Notes: generated from the letters alone by a model not told the origin. Positions 16,648-25,549 are shown, counted from the stretch's first letter. The stretch: 32,000 nt of DNA from Candidatus Nanopusillus sp. (GCA_028275775.1 JAPWTZ010000001.1:30001-62000), one strand, 5' to 3'. A program made the numbers and translations.

Positions 16648-18027
16648 ATGAATTTAAAAATATTATATATAATTTTAGGTAATATGGAAGAAATAATTAT
16701 AAGAGGTCCTTTAAATGAAGAAAAAATCAAAAAAATATCTGAAATATTAAATGAACCTGAATGGATGACAGATATAAGATTAAAAGGATTAAATTATTTT
16801 AATAAATTAGATTTACCAAAATTCGGACCTGATATAAATAATATTGACTTTGATAATATGATATATTATAGAAGTATAACTAAAGAAAACAGACCAAAAA
16901 GATGGGAAGATTTACCAGAGGATATAAGAAATAAAATAGAAAAATTGGGATTAAGAAGAGAATTTGAAAGAGAATTTTTATCAGGATTATTATATCAACA
17001 TGATTCTTCCTCAATATATAAGGAAATAAAAAAATATCTAGATCAAGAAGGTGTTGTTTTTATGCCTCTATCACAAGCAGTAAGAGATTATCCAGAAATT
17101 GTAAAAGAATATTTTGGAAAAGTAGTTTCTTTTGGAGATAATAAATTTGCAGCATTAAACACAGCAGTATGGAGTGGAGGGGTATTTATTTATGTACCAG
17201 AAAATGTTAAAATAAATTTTCCATTACAGGCATATTTTTGGATAGGAACAGAAAATCTAGGACAATTTGAAAGAACATTGATAATAGCAGATAAAAATTC
17301 AAAAGTAATTTATATAGAAGGATGTACAGCTCCAATATATAATATATCTTCTTTACATGCTGCAGTAGTAGAGGTTTTTGCAAAGGAAAATTCAGAAGTT
17401 ACTTATGCTACAATTCAAAACTGGTCAAGAAATATATATAATCTAGTAACAAAGAGAGCAAGAGTATATAAAAATGCTAAGATTAAATGGATATCCGCTG
17501 AATTTGGAAGTAAAGTAACAATGCTATATCCAGGATTAATCTTAGAAGAAAATTCTACAGGAGAAATTTATACAATATCAATTGCAAATGAAAATCAAAT
17601 AATAGATACTGGTGGAAGAATATTAGTAAACGGAAAAAATTCTAAAGGATATATTGTAACAAAATCTATATCAATAAATGGAAAAGCTGTAAATAGAATA
17701 GATATAAAAATATTTAATAATTCTGAAAATTCAAAGGTTATATCTAAATGTGATTCTTTGATAGAAGGAAATGGACTGGCAGAATCTGTACCAAGAATAG
17801 AAATTTACAATAATAAAAATTATTATAATCATGAAGCAAAAACTGAAAAAATAGATGAACAAAAATTACTTTATTTACAAAGTCTAGGTATAGATAAAAA
17901 GAAAGCTAAAAGATTAATATATATGGGATTTGCAGATGACATTCTAAAGAACTTTCCACCTTCTTATCAAATGAGAATTAAAAAACTACTAGAAATAGAA
18001 TTAGAGGAAATTGGAGGGTTTGGCTAA
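16648..18027 (+). CDS. sufB: Fe-S cluster assembly scaffold SufB
   Basis: SGGVFIYVPENVKINFPLQAYF, ERTLIIADKNSKVIYIEGCTAP and NWSRNIYNLVTKRARVYKNAKIKWISAEFGSKVTMLYPG. The true start may be the Met at 16684 (MEEIIIRG). Confidence 0.9.
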   Translation: MNLKILYIILGNMEEIIIRGPLNEEKIKKISEILNEPEWMTDIRLKGLNYFNKLDLPKFGPDINNIDFDNMIYYRSITKENRPKRWEDLPEDIRNKIEKLGLRREFEREFLSGLLYQHDSSSIYKEIKKYLDQEGVVFMPLSQAVRDYPEIVKEYFGKVVSFGDNKFAALNTAVWSGGVFIYVPENVKINFPLQAYFWIGTENLGQFERTLIIADKNSKVIYIEGCTAPIYNISSLHAAVVEVFAKENSEVTYATIQNWSRNIYNLVTKRARVYKNAKIKWISAEFGSKVTMLYPGLILEENSTGEIYTISIANENQIIDTGGRILVNGKNSKGYIVTKSISINGKAVNRIDIKIFNNSENSKVISKCDSLIEGNGLAESVPRIEIYNNKNYYNHEAKTEKIDEQKLLYLQSLGIDKKKAKRLIYMGFADDILKNFPPSYQMRIKKLLEIELEEIGGFG

Positions 18028-20340
18028 TTATTTAAATAACCAATTATATATTGTTTTTATATCTTTCTTTATTATTCTCCTAGCCTCAAACTTCTTAACT
18101 TTAAAATAATCAGATATTTTTGCAAAACTCCATGATAATAAAAATTTTCCTATCAATAATTCTTCCTTATCTATTTTTGGCTTATCCTTTTCTGTATATA
18201 ATAAATAATAGATATATAATAATTTTACAATATCAGCAGCAGCTTCATATGTCATAGGTGAAGATAAATAACCTTTTAGTCTTTCTATCTGATTATCTGT
18301 TAAATTCAATTTATAATGTGGTTTAAATTTGTAAGGTGTTTCTAACATTTTTAATATTAGTTCTGGTGATAAATCAAAATATACATCTGATATTTGATTT
18401 ATTAATCTCCATCTAAATTCATAATTTAACTTTTTAACTATTTTTTCTGATTCTTCATTTAGAGGCTTTATTACTATACCAGAATATTCTCCAGAAACCT
18501 TATTTTTTTCTGGAGATAAATGAACTAATACAAAATTATTTTTTTGCCAGAAATTCAATAATTCATAAGTTATACCAAAACTAGAACCAATCCAGTCATA
18601 ATTATTCTCTTTAGCCCAATTATATAATTTATCTAATGCTAAAGATCCCAAACCCATTCCTTGAATTTCAGGTACTGTAGCAATTCTAACAATCCTTAAT
18701 CCCTTTAATTTAGCAAATTCCTTTATTCTATAATGTTTTACTATTATATCTGGTATTATGTTTCCTTTTGGTTTATAATCTTTTAACATTTTATTAATTG
18801 TATCCTCATCTATACCACCTTCATATGCAATATGTATTCCATTTACAATCTTTCCATTTGATAATTCTAAAACAAAAGCATCATGATGTGGTGCATCAGC
18901 AAGCATTGCTATATCATTTGGTTTATTTTGATAATGTGCTAAAACATATATTCCAACGAAATTCTTTAATTTTGGATCATCATTATAAAACCATTCTTTC
19001 ATTGGTATTTTATAAAATCTTACATCTTTATTTTTTATTAATTCTTTATCACTCTCGTTAATTTCCGAAACTTCAGAATCTAATAATAATGTATCGTATA
19101 ACCATTTTTCAATTGGATCTCCTTCATTATATCTAATTGGTTCAATCATATTATATTTATATATCTTAAAATCTTTCAGAGAATTTAGATATTTCAAAAA
19201 TTTGACAGAAAAAGATCTGCCAGCACCTTCATATCCATGAATTGTAGAAGAAAATACAATTTTATCATATTTTTTAGTATATTCCAATAATATATTTATA
19301 CCAATACCTGCAGCTTCATCAACAAACAATATATCATATTTTTTTCCCAATATTTCAGATGGCTTTCTATATTCAATATATATTTTATTGTTTATTGCTA
19401 TTTTTCTCTCACTTATTTCTTTATATTTTATATTATTCTTATTTAATCCCAACTTTAAGAATTCAAATAGAGTTTCTACATTATTAAATTCTGGAGATGT
19501 TATACCTATATCATATACTTTTTTACTATTTAATAATATTTCTGAAATTCCAGAAATTACCAAACCAAGAGAAGCACTTTTTCCTCTTCCTCTATCTGCA
19601 ATAATTAAATATATTGATTTTTCATCATTTAACAAATTTTCTAAAAGAGAAAGAACATTTACCTGATCTTGTGTTAAACATAATTTATATATTCTATCTG
19701 AAAACTTTCTATTATCTGGCAATAATATTTTCTTTCTTCCAGGCGGATATGCTTCTTCCAATACACATTCATCATTTATTCCTTTTATTAATCCTTTTTC
19801 TATATCATATATAATTATATTATCATACTGAAGTAATTTATTCTTGAATCTATGTTCAAAATATTTTTTTACATCTTCCAATTTATATGGGGGAGTTAAT
19901 AAATGTTCATGAAAGGTTGTATAATTTTCTTCAAAATGTTCAAAATCTTTAATTAAGAAAAACGCAATGCCCATTCCAGATAAAGTTTCAATAATTCTAC
20001 CTATATAATCTGGGGTTAGAGATTTGTACATATCTAAAATTAATATATCATATGTTTTTCCCAAAATTTCTTTAGAATCTTTATATTTAATTTTTTCTAT
20101 ATCTAAAAAATCTACCTTTTCTTTTAATTTTTGAAATCTATATAAATAATCTCCATTAAAATCTTCAGAGATATATAAAATCTTTATATTATTTTTAAAA
20201 TTCTTAATTCTTTCATAATATATTTTTAATAAATTAGATAATATATCAAAATAATCTTTACCTGATAAAACAACAATTCCTCTATGGTTATTTCTAATTA
20301 TTTTACATAATAACCTATTATAATCATTCAATATATCCAT
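18028..20340 (-). CDS. tmcA: RNA cytidine N4-acetyltransferase TmcA / Nat10 homologue
   Basis: Helicase-type P-loop ADRGRGKSASLGL, DEAA-like FVDEAAGI, and GNAT acetyl-CoA motif RIVRIATVPEIQGMGLGSLAL. Size of 770 aa and domain order match TmcA/Nat10. Confidence 0.9.
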   Translation of the reverse strand: MDILNDYNRLLCKIIRNNHRGIVVLSGKDYFDILSNLLKIYYERIKNFKNNIKILYISEDFNGDYLYRFQKLKEKVDFLDIEKIKYKDSKEILGKTYDILILDMYKSLTPDYIGRIIETLSGMGIAFFLIKDFEHFEENYTTFHEHLLTPPYKLEDVKKYFEHRFKNKLLQYDNIIIYDIEKGLIKGINDECVLEEAYPPGRKKILLPDNRKFSDRIYKLCLTQDQVNVLSLLENLLNDEKSIYLIIADRGRGKSASLGLVISGISEILLNSKKVYDIGITSPEFNNVETLFEFLKLGLNKNNIKYKEISERKIAINNKIYIEYRKPSEILGKKYDILFVDEAAGIGINILLEYTKKYDKIVFSSTIHGYEGAGRSFSVKFLKYLNSLKDFKIYKYNMIEPIRYNEGDPIEKWLYDTLLLDSEVSEINESDKELIKNKDVRFYKIPMKEWFYNDDPKLKNFVGIYVLAHYQNKPNDIAMLADAPHHDAFVLELSNGKIVNGIHIAYEGGIDEDTINKMLKDYKPKGNIIPDIIVKHYRIKEFAKLKGLRIVRIATVPEIQGMGLGSLALDKLYNWAKENNYDWIGSSFGITYELLNFWQKNNFVLVHLSPEKNKVSGEYSGIVIKPLNEESEKIVKKLNYEFRWRLINQISDVYFDLSPELILKMLETPYKFKPHYKLNLTDNQIERLKGYLSSPMTYEAAADIVKLLYIYYLLYTEKDKPKIDKEELLIGKFLLSWSFAKISDYFKVKKFEARRIIKKDIKTIYNWLFK

Positions 20341-20383
20341 ATATAAAATATTAACTAATTACTTATAACTGTTTTTAGAAAGA

Positions 20384-20528
20384 TGTTAACCTATTGTTAA
20401 CATTTTGTTAAAGAAATATTAAATTGCGTTAAAACATTAAAACACCTTGTTAATAGGATATTAAATAACAGATAAATGTTAATTAAATGATGTTAAAATG
20501 TTAATCATATATGTTAAATAAATGTTAA
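20384..20528 (+). repeat. Array of ten direct (A)TGTTAA boxes: nine exact TGTTAA and one CGTTAA
   Basis: Box starts are at 20384, 20395, 20406, 20427 (CGTTAA), 20448, 20477, 20491, 20499, 20512 and 20523. Eight of the ten fall on a lattice of about 10.7 bp. Boxes 1 and 2 extend to palindromic GTTAAC / TGTTAACA. Confidence 0.85.
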
Positions 20529-20529
20529 A

Positions 20530-22302
20530 TTAAAGTAAATAATATCTTAATTTCATATCAAGTGATTTTAATAATTTTTGATCATCTACAAAAACTATAG
20601 ATAATCCTTTAGATATTCCTCCAGAATATAATCTAGAAGTTCTTCCAGAAGCCTGTAAATATGTTTTAAGATCTACAATATTTAAATATATATTTTTATT
20701 TTCATCTATTTCTATAGAAACATCCGGATTTTCTTTTAATTTATCTAATATTTCTTGTCTATCAAGATAAATTTTCAAAATATTATACAGTGTTAATATA
20801 TCATCAGCAAAAGACTTTAAGTATCCGACCAATTCAACATTATTTCCATTTAAAAAGTCAGAAATTAACTTTAAATCTCCAGAAGACATTTTTTTCATAT
20901 TTTTTCTCAATCTTGTAAGAATCTTTGTTATTTTATCTTTTTCTATCTCCGATATATAAGGTAAAATTAAGTTAGATAAGATAATTATGTTCATTATATT
21001 TTTCTCAAGATTTTTTATATTTATCTTTATCTTTGGTATACCCAAAAATATTGCATATTTTATTCTTTCAGGCATATTAATTCCTCTTGTTAATATCCCA
21101 TATGGATCTGTAATACTAATTAAGAAATTTATTTTTCCTTCATAAAAATCATTTAATATATTTTCAATTTCTTTTGTTTTTGTTTTTGAATATATTAAAC
21201 CAACTTTTACATTATTTGATATTAAATAATTATAAATTTCTTTCATATATTCTATTCCTTTCTCTTTTGGAACAAATATTAATGCTCCATCCTCCAACTC
21301 TTTTAATAAATTCAATAATTCTTCTTTTATATCTTTCTTAGGAATATAATATACATCTATAACATTTCTAATCTTTGAACTTCCAGTTCCAATAGTAAAG
21401 TTGGCTAGTTCTTTATATAATCTGACTCTTTTTCCCCTTAAACTACCAGTAGCTGAAGATAAAACAATTATTCCATGATTTTTATTTTTGATTTCTAAAA
21501 ACCTTTTATATAAATCACTATTAAAATCTAATTTACCAGCCAATTTTAGATCTATTATTTTTTTAGCAATATTTATATCATCTTCATTATAACCAATTAA
21601 AATAAATAGTTTTTCAATATTTTTTGATCCTTTAAAGAATGAATCTACATCATCTACAAAAGCAATATCAAATTTTTTATCCTTTAATATTTCAAAATTT
21701 TTAGTTAAAAATTGGTTTGAAATAATTAATATGTTAAATTCATCACTCTTTATTTTTTCTTTAATTTCTTTTTTATTACCACCATAATATGCTATAAACT
21801 TTATATTTAGATTTAGACTACTTATAAATTTATCAAATAAATCACTAAATTGTTTTACAAGTAATCTTGTAGGTAATATTATTATTATCTTTTTATTGTA
21901 TTGACTAGAAAAGTAGATAGATGAAATTATAATAAATGTTGATTTTCCAACACCCGTTGGTGCTATCATAGAGAAACTATTGTTCTTATATAATCTAATA
22001 AACCACATTATTTGTACTTTCCATGGATCAGAATTTAATATTTTTTTAAAAAAATCAGAAAATTTATTAATCTCTTTATATAAATTATAAATATTTGAAT
22101 AATCTTTTAATTTTCCTTTTTCAGATAATTTTTTATATAGAAGTTCCCTAAAATTGCTTTCATCCTTTATATTTAATAATTCTAATATATCATTATCATC
22201 TAGATCATTTTCACATGGAAGACCATTTGAAAGTCTATAAGAAGAAATTATACCATTACAATTAAAACATAAATTTTTTATATATAAAGGAATGTATTCC
22301 AT
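20530..22302 (-). CDS. rgy: Reverse gyrase, N-terminal helicase-like subunit only (split reverse gyrase)
   Basis: N-terminal Cys zinc-finger region (CFNCNG...PCEN), Walker A APTGVGKST, motif II FVDDVDS, SATG, and motif VI YLQASGRTSRLYSGGISKGLSIVFVDD. The ORF stops about 35 aa after motif VI, where the Toprim/topoisomerase IA part would begin. Confidence 0.85.
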   Translation of the reverse strand: MEYIPLYIKNLCFNCNGIISSYRLSNGLPCENDLDDNDILELLNIKDESNFRELLYKKLSEKGKLKDYSNIYNLYKEINKFSDFFKKILNSDPWKVQIMWFIRLYKNNSFSMIAPTGVGKSTFIIISSIYFSSQYNKKIIIILPTRLLVKQFSDLFDKFISSLNLNIKFIAYYGGNKKEIKEKIKSDEFNILIISNQFLTKNFEILKDKKFDIAFVDDVDSFFKGSKNIEKLFILIGYNEDDINIAKKIIDLKLAGKLDFNSDLYKRFLEIKNKNHGIIVLSSATGSLRGKRVRLYKELANFTIGTGSSKIRNVIDVYYIPKKDIKEELLNLLKELEDGALIFVPKEKGIEYMKEIYNYLISNNVKVGLIYSKTKTKEIENILNDFYEGKINFLISITDPYGILTRGINMPERIKYAIFLGIPKIKINIKNLEKNIMNIIILSNLILPYISEIEKDKITKILTRLRKNMKKMSSGDLKLISDFLNGNNVELVGYLKSFADDILTLYNILKIYLDRQEILDKLKENPDVSIEIDENKNIYLNIVDLKTYLQASGRTSRLYSGGISKGLSIVFVDDQKLLKSLDMKLRYYLL

Positions 22303-22343
22303 ATTTTCTTTTATTTTAAAAATTAATTTAAAAATATTTTATT

Positions 22344-22943
22344 ATGGATATATCAGATATAATTACCTACTTACAAAAAGAAAAAGAGAAGAAAACATTA
22401 CAAAATTTACAAAAAGATTTCTATGTTAAAGTATCAGAATTATTAAAAAAGTATAAAAAACAATTAGAAGCATATAAATCTGATAGTAAAGAATATAGAG
22501 AAATTATTGCAACAATGGATAGACTAAAAGAAACATTATCAGAATTGATAAATATAAGAATTAGCAAAATAATAAATAATACATTATTAGAAGTTAAAGA
22601 AGATTTAAATATAATATCGGAAGATTTTTTAGAAGAAGAAGAAAAATTATTATATTCTCTTATAAAGAAGATATTAAAGTCATACAAAGAAAATATACAA
22701 AATAAGATTATTAATGGAGAAGAAATAGATATTAATAAATTTTTTTCAGATATAAACATAAATATTTCATTATATCAAAATAAAATAGATAAAAAGATTG
22801 TTATTATTAAAAATCAATTACCAAAGATTGTTGGACCAAATGGAAAAATATATGGACCTTTTAAAGTTGGAGATATAATAATATTAAATAATAACTTTGC
22901 TGAGAAACTAGAAAACACCGGAATAGGAAAAATAATTAATTAA
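22344..22943 (+). CDS. GINS complex subunit, Gins51(Gins15)-like
   Basis: Helical N-terminal domain (LQNLQKDFYVKVSELL...LINIRISKIIN) and a small C-terminal beta domain (IVGPNGKIYGPFKVGDIIILNNNFAEKLENTGIGKII). This is the A-then-B domain order of Gins51. Assigned by pattern memory only. Confidence 0.6.
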   Translation: MDISDIITYLQKEKEKKTLQNLQKDFYVKVSELLKKYKKQLEAYKSDSKEYREIIATMDRLKETLSELINIRISKIINNTLLEVKEDLNIISEDFLEEEEKLLYSLIKKILKSYKENIQNKIINGEEIDINKFFSDININISLYQNKIDKKIVIIKNQLPKIVGPNGKIYGPFKVGDIIILNNNFAEKLENTGIGKIIN

Positions 22944-22975
22944 ACTTATAAAATTATTTAGTATAATTATCTTTA

Positions 22976-23290
22976 ATGAAATTACCAAAGACTGTTAACA
23001 AATATTGTCCATATTGCAGAAAAGTTACTGAACATAAAGTAATCATTATAAAAAGCGTAAAAACTAGAGCTGGTTTAGTTTGGGGTGCTAGAAGAGCTAG
23101 AGAAGGAAAAAAAGGTAGAGGAAATAAAGGAAAATATAGTAAAAGACCTCAATCACAAAGAAAAAGAGGAATTATAAAAACATCTAAAGGAGTTGATATA
23201 AGATTAGAATGCAGTGTATGCAAAAAGCAAACTATATGGAAAATAAAAGGTAGATACAAGAAAGTAGAGTTATCAACTGCTATAAAATGA
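22976..23290 (+). CDS. rpl44e: Ribosomal protein eL42 (L44e)
   Basis: KYCPYCRKVTEHKV...GARRAREGKKGRGNKGKYSKRP...ECSVCKK. Zinc-ribbon Cys pairs and the basic core of L44e. Confidence 0.9.
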   Translation: MKLPKTVNKYCPYCRKVTEHKVIIIKSVKTRAGLVWGARRAREGKKGRGNKGKYSKRPQSQRKRGIIKTSKGVDIRLECSVCKKQTIWKIKGRYKKVELSTAIK

Positions 23291-23757
23291 AGTCAAAGCT
23301 ATATTTTGAGGCATTTTCTAATGATAAAGATAAATTAACAGAATTTTTAAATAAAACATTTGAAGCAGTATCAAAATTCAAAAATTTTCAAGTAATAGAT
23401 AAAAAAATTGCTGATCCTATAACAAAAGATATAAAAACCCCAGATGGAAAAACTATAAGTGGATGGTCATCATATTTAGAAATATATGCAGATTTCAAAG
23501 ATTTTGATTCATTAATAGATTTTATACTATTTTATACACCATCAAGAATTGATATAGAAGATATAAAAGAAATGAGAATTATAACAAAAGATAATGAAAT
23601 AAAATATAACAAAGAAAAAATCAATTTATTATTAAATCAAATACCCCAAGCTATAAATATGAAAGTATCCGCATTATTGAACATATATCTTGCACAAATT
23701 AAAAAAGATTCTAAAGGACCAGATAATAAATCATTAACAAATTTAAAAATAAAATAA
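23287..23757 (+). CDS. Hypothetical protein, translationally coupled to rpl44e
   Basis: ORF track. ATGA overlap with the rpl44e stop. No motif recognised. It occupies the position where rps27e normally follows rpl44e in archaea, but it has no S27e zinc ribbon. Confidence 0.5.
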   Translation: MKSKLYFEAFSNDKDKLTEFLNKTFEAVSKFKNFQVIDKKIADPITKDIKTPDGKTISGWSSYLEIYADFKDFDSLIDFILFYTPSRIDIEDIKEMRIITKDNEIKYNKEKINLLLNQIPQAINMKVSALLNIYLAQIKKDSKGPDNKSLTNLKIK

Positions 23758-23761
23758 AATT

Positions 23762-24559
23762 TTATCCATAATAATATCCAGAACTTTTTTCTCTCTTTAT
23801 TTTTTCTTCCTCTAATTTCTTAATCATATTCAAATCTTTTTCTATTTTTTCTTTTAGTTTCTTACCCTTTTCTTTTAAATCATTTGTATCAACCTGAAAG
23901 TCATATAGCTTACCTAAGATTTCTAATGCCTTTGAAGCACCAAAATATCCATTTATTTGATTTGATAAATATGTTTCAACCAATAATAAATAAGCTGGTT
24001 TTTTAAATAGTTGAGAATAATATAAAAATAATCCACTCATTCCAACAACAGTATTTGATTTATATAAGTTTAGTTCTCCTAATTTTTCTTTTATCTTATT
24101 TACATCATAATATTTATTTAATGCAAATAAATAATTTGGATTTTCTGGTTCTAATTGATGTGAACCTATTCCACCAATTATACTTATTTCTAATAAATTA
24201 AATTTACTTATTATTCTGAATAATTTATTCATGAATTTATATCTAAAGTATAAAGATAGTCCAGGATCTTCTAAAATTGCTATCTGAAAATTGCCATATA
24301 ATACTAAAAAATTATAATTACCAATTGGAACAGAATATAATTTATAACTTATATTATCTGATATGTATCCATCTTTATTTATTTTAACTACATCAGGAAA
24401 AAAGTCTGTAATTATTCTTCCAACAAGTTTTCCTTTATAAGTTTCTATTAATTTTTTTCCAACAATTTTTGATAAATTTCCAAATCCTCCGCCTATTGAA
24501 TAAAGAAAAACTATATTATTCATATTTTTTATTTTCTCTTTATCAATTATAAATTCCAT
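23762..24559 (-). CDS. PAC2-family proteasome assembly chaperone/activator-like protein (PbaA/PbaB-like)
   Basis: IVFLYSIGGGFGNLSKIVGKKLIE...VGRIITDFFPDVV...IIGGIG...VVGMSGLFL fits the PAC2 layout. The C-terminus ...SSGYYYG ends in an HbYX-like Tyr-Tyr-Gly. It sits in the conserved archaeal aIF2alpha-nop10-PAC2 order. Confidence 0.7.
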   Translation of the reverse strand: MEFIIDKEKIKNMNNIVFLYSIGGGFGNLSKIVGKKLIETYKGKLVGRIITDFFPDVVKINKDGYISDNISYKLYSVPIGNYNFLVLYGNFQIAILEDPGLSLYFRYKFMNKLFRIISKFNLLEISIIGGIGSHQLEPENPNYLFALNKYYDVNKIKEKLGELNLYKSNTVVGMSGLFLYYSQLFKKPAYLLLVETYLSNQINGYFGASKALEILGKLYDFQVDTNDLKEKGKKLKEKIEKDLNMIKKLEEEKIKREKSSGYYYG

Positions 24560-24565
24560 AATATA

Positions 24566-24742
24566 TTATAGTATATTATTTCTATATAAAATTTCTCTTT
24601 TCATTTTTCTTCTATAATCGCCCCATTTATCATCTGGAGAAAATTTAGGAGGTATTATTCTAGATGTTTTATTACTACAAATTGGACAGATTTCTTTAAA
24701 TGTATATATTTTACAACTTTTACATTTTCTAATCTCTTTCAT
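24566..24742 (-). CDS. nop10: H/ACA RNP protein Nop10
   Basis: Not in the ORF track (58 aa). My translation: MKEIRKCKSCKIYTFKEICPICSNKTSRIIPPKFSPDDKWGDYRRKMKREILYRNNIL. It has the CxxC...CPxC zinc ribbon plus the PPKFSPDD..YR motif. The start overlaps the aIF2alpha 3' end by 14 nt. Confidence 0.85.
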   Translation of the reverse strand: MKEIRKCKSCKIYTFKEICPICSNKTSRIIPPKFSPDDKWGDYRRKMKREILYRNNIL

Positions 24743-25505
24743 ATTTATTTATTTCATAAATTATATTATAATTTTTAGCTTCTCTATTTATTAATTCAAG
24801 CATTTCTTTTTCCTTTTTTTGCAAATCAGATGGGCTTATTGTAACATATTTTAACATATATGTTGGAGATCCTAAATACTTAATCATTATATTTAGATCC
24901 CTTATCTTTTTGAGAAATTCCTTTATTTTATATATTCCATCTCCATCTAGACAATATGCCTGCATTATATATGTAAACTCATATTTTGGTGGATTTAAAT
25001 AATCAATTATATATTTATATAATAGATCGGAATATTTTTTACTTATTTTATATTTCTCTAAAACACTCTTTCCATTTATATAAGCTTCTAAAAATACACT
25101 ATAAAGTTTGTTTTCTGGAACAATTTTAAATACTATATCCTTTTCCAATTTATCCATATCTATATTTTCTTTTTCACTCATTATTTTTAATATATTATAA
25201 GCAACCATTTCTCTTTTATATTCAAAAATCTTTGCCTTTTGTTTGTTTTTATCAACTCTTTTTAATGATAAAGTAACTAATCTATTATTTACATCTACAT
25301 CAAGTACTAAACATACAATCTTTTTACCTTCTCTAACTAAAATTCTTGGATTTGTTATTCTTCTATTTGATAATTCATCTATTGGAATTATACCATTAAA
25401 ATTCTCATATTCATCTAAACTAACTTTTACACCTATATCTGATATATCATTTACAGTACATATAACATAATCATTAACTCTTGGATAATCTTTTCTCTTA
25501 TACAT
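24729..25505 (-). CDS. eif2a: Translation initiation factor aIF2 alpha subunit
   Basis: S1 domain YPRVNDYVICTVNDISDIGVKVSLDEYENFNGIIPIDELSNRRITNPRILVREGKKIVCLVLDVDVNNRLVTLSLKRV. Size and context (next to nop10) fit. Confidence 0.9.
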   Translation of the reverse strand: MYKRKDYPRVNDYVICTVNDISDIGVKVSLDEYENFNGIIPIDELSNRRITNPRILVREGKKIVCLVLDVDVNNRLVTLSLKRVDKNKQKAKIFEYKREMVAYNILKIMSEKENIDMDKLEKDIVFKIVPENKLYSVFLEAYINGKSVLEKYKISKKYSDLLYKYIIDYLNPPKYEFTYIMQAYCLDGDGIYKIKEFLKKIRDLNIMIKYLGSPTYMLKYVTISPSDLQKKEKEMLELINREAKNYNIIYEINKYERD

Positions 25506-25549
25506 TTCTTAAAATATATTAAAAATACTTATTAAATTTATATATAACT

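Noticed and set aside
20385-20402. The TAAC-N5-GTTA core as a bona fide Phr-type heat-shock operator.
   Set aside because: Only the central core matches the consensus as I recall it. The outer TTTA/TAAA arms are absent at the required spacing. The core also arises automatically from two direct TGTTAAC boxes 11 bp apart. It is kept only as a speculative note within the array finding.
20341-20529. The TGTTAA array as a CRISPR array, or as a set of mini-ORFs (several boxes read ATG TTA A.. followed by a stop within 3-8 codons).
   Set aside because: The repeat unit is only 6-7 bp, with 2-23 bp between boxes, so it is far too short and irregular for CRISPR repeats and spacers. The mini-ORFs are 3-7 codons long, have no downstream + strand gene to regulate, and follow trivially from the motif containing ATG and TAA.
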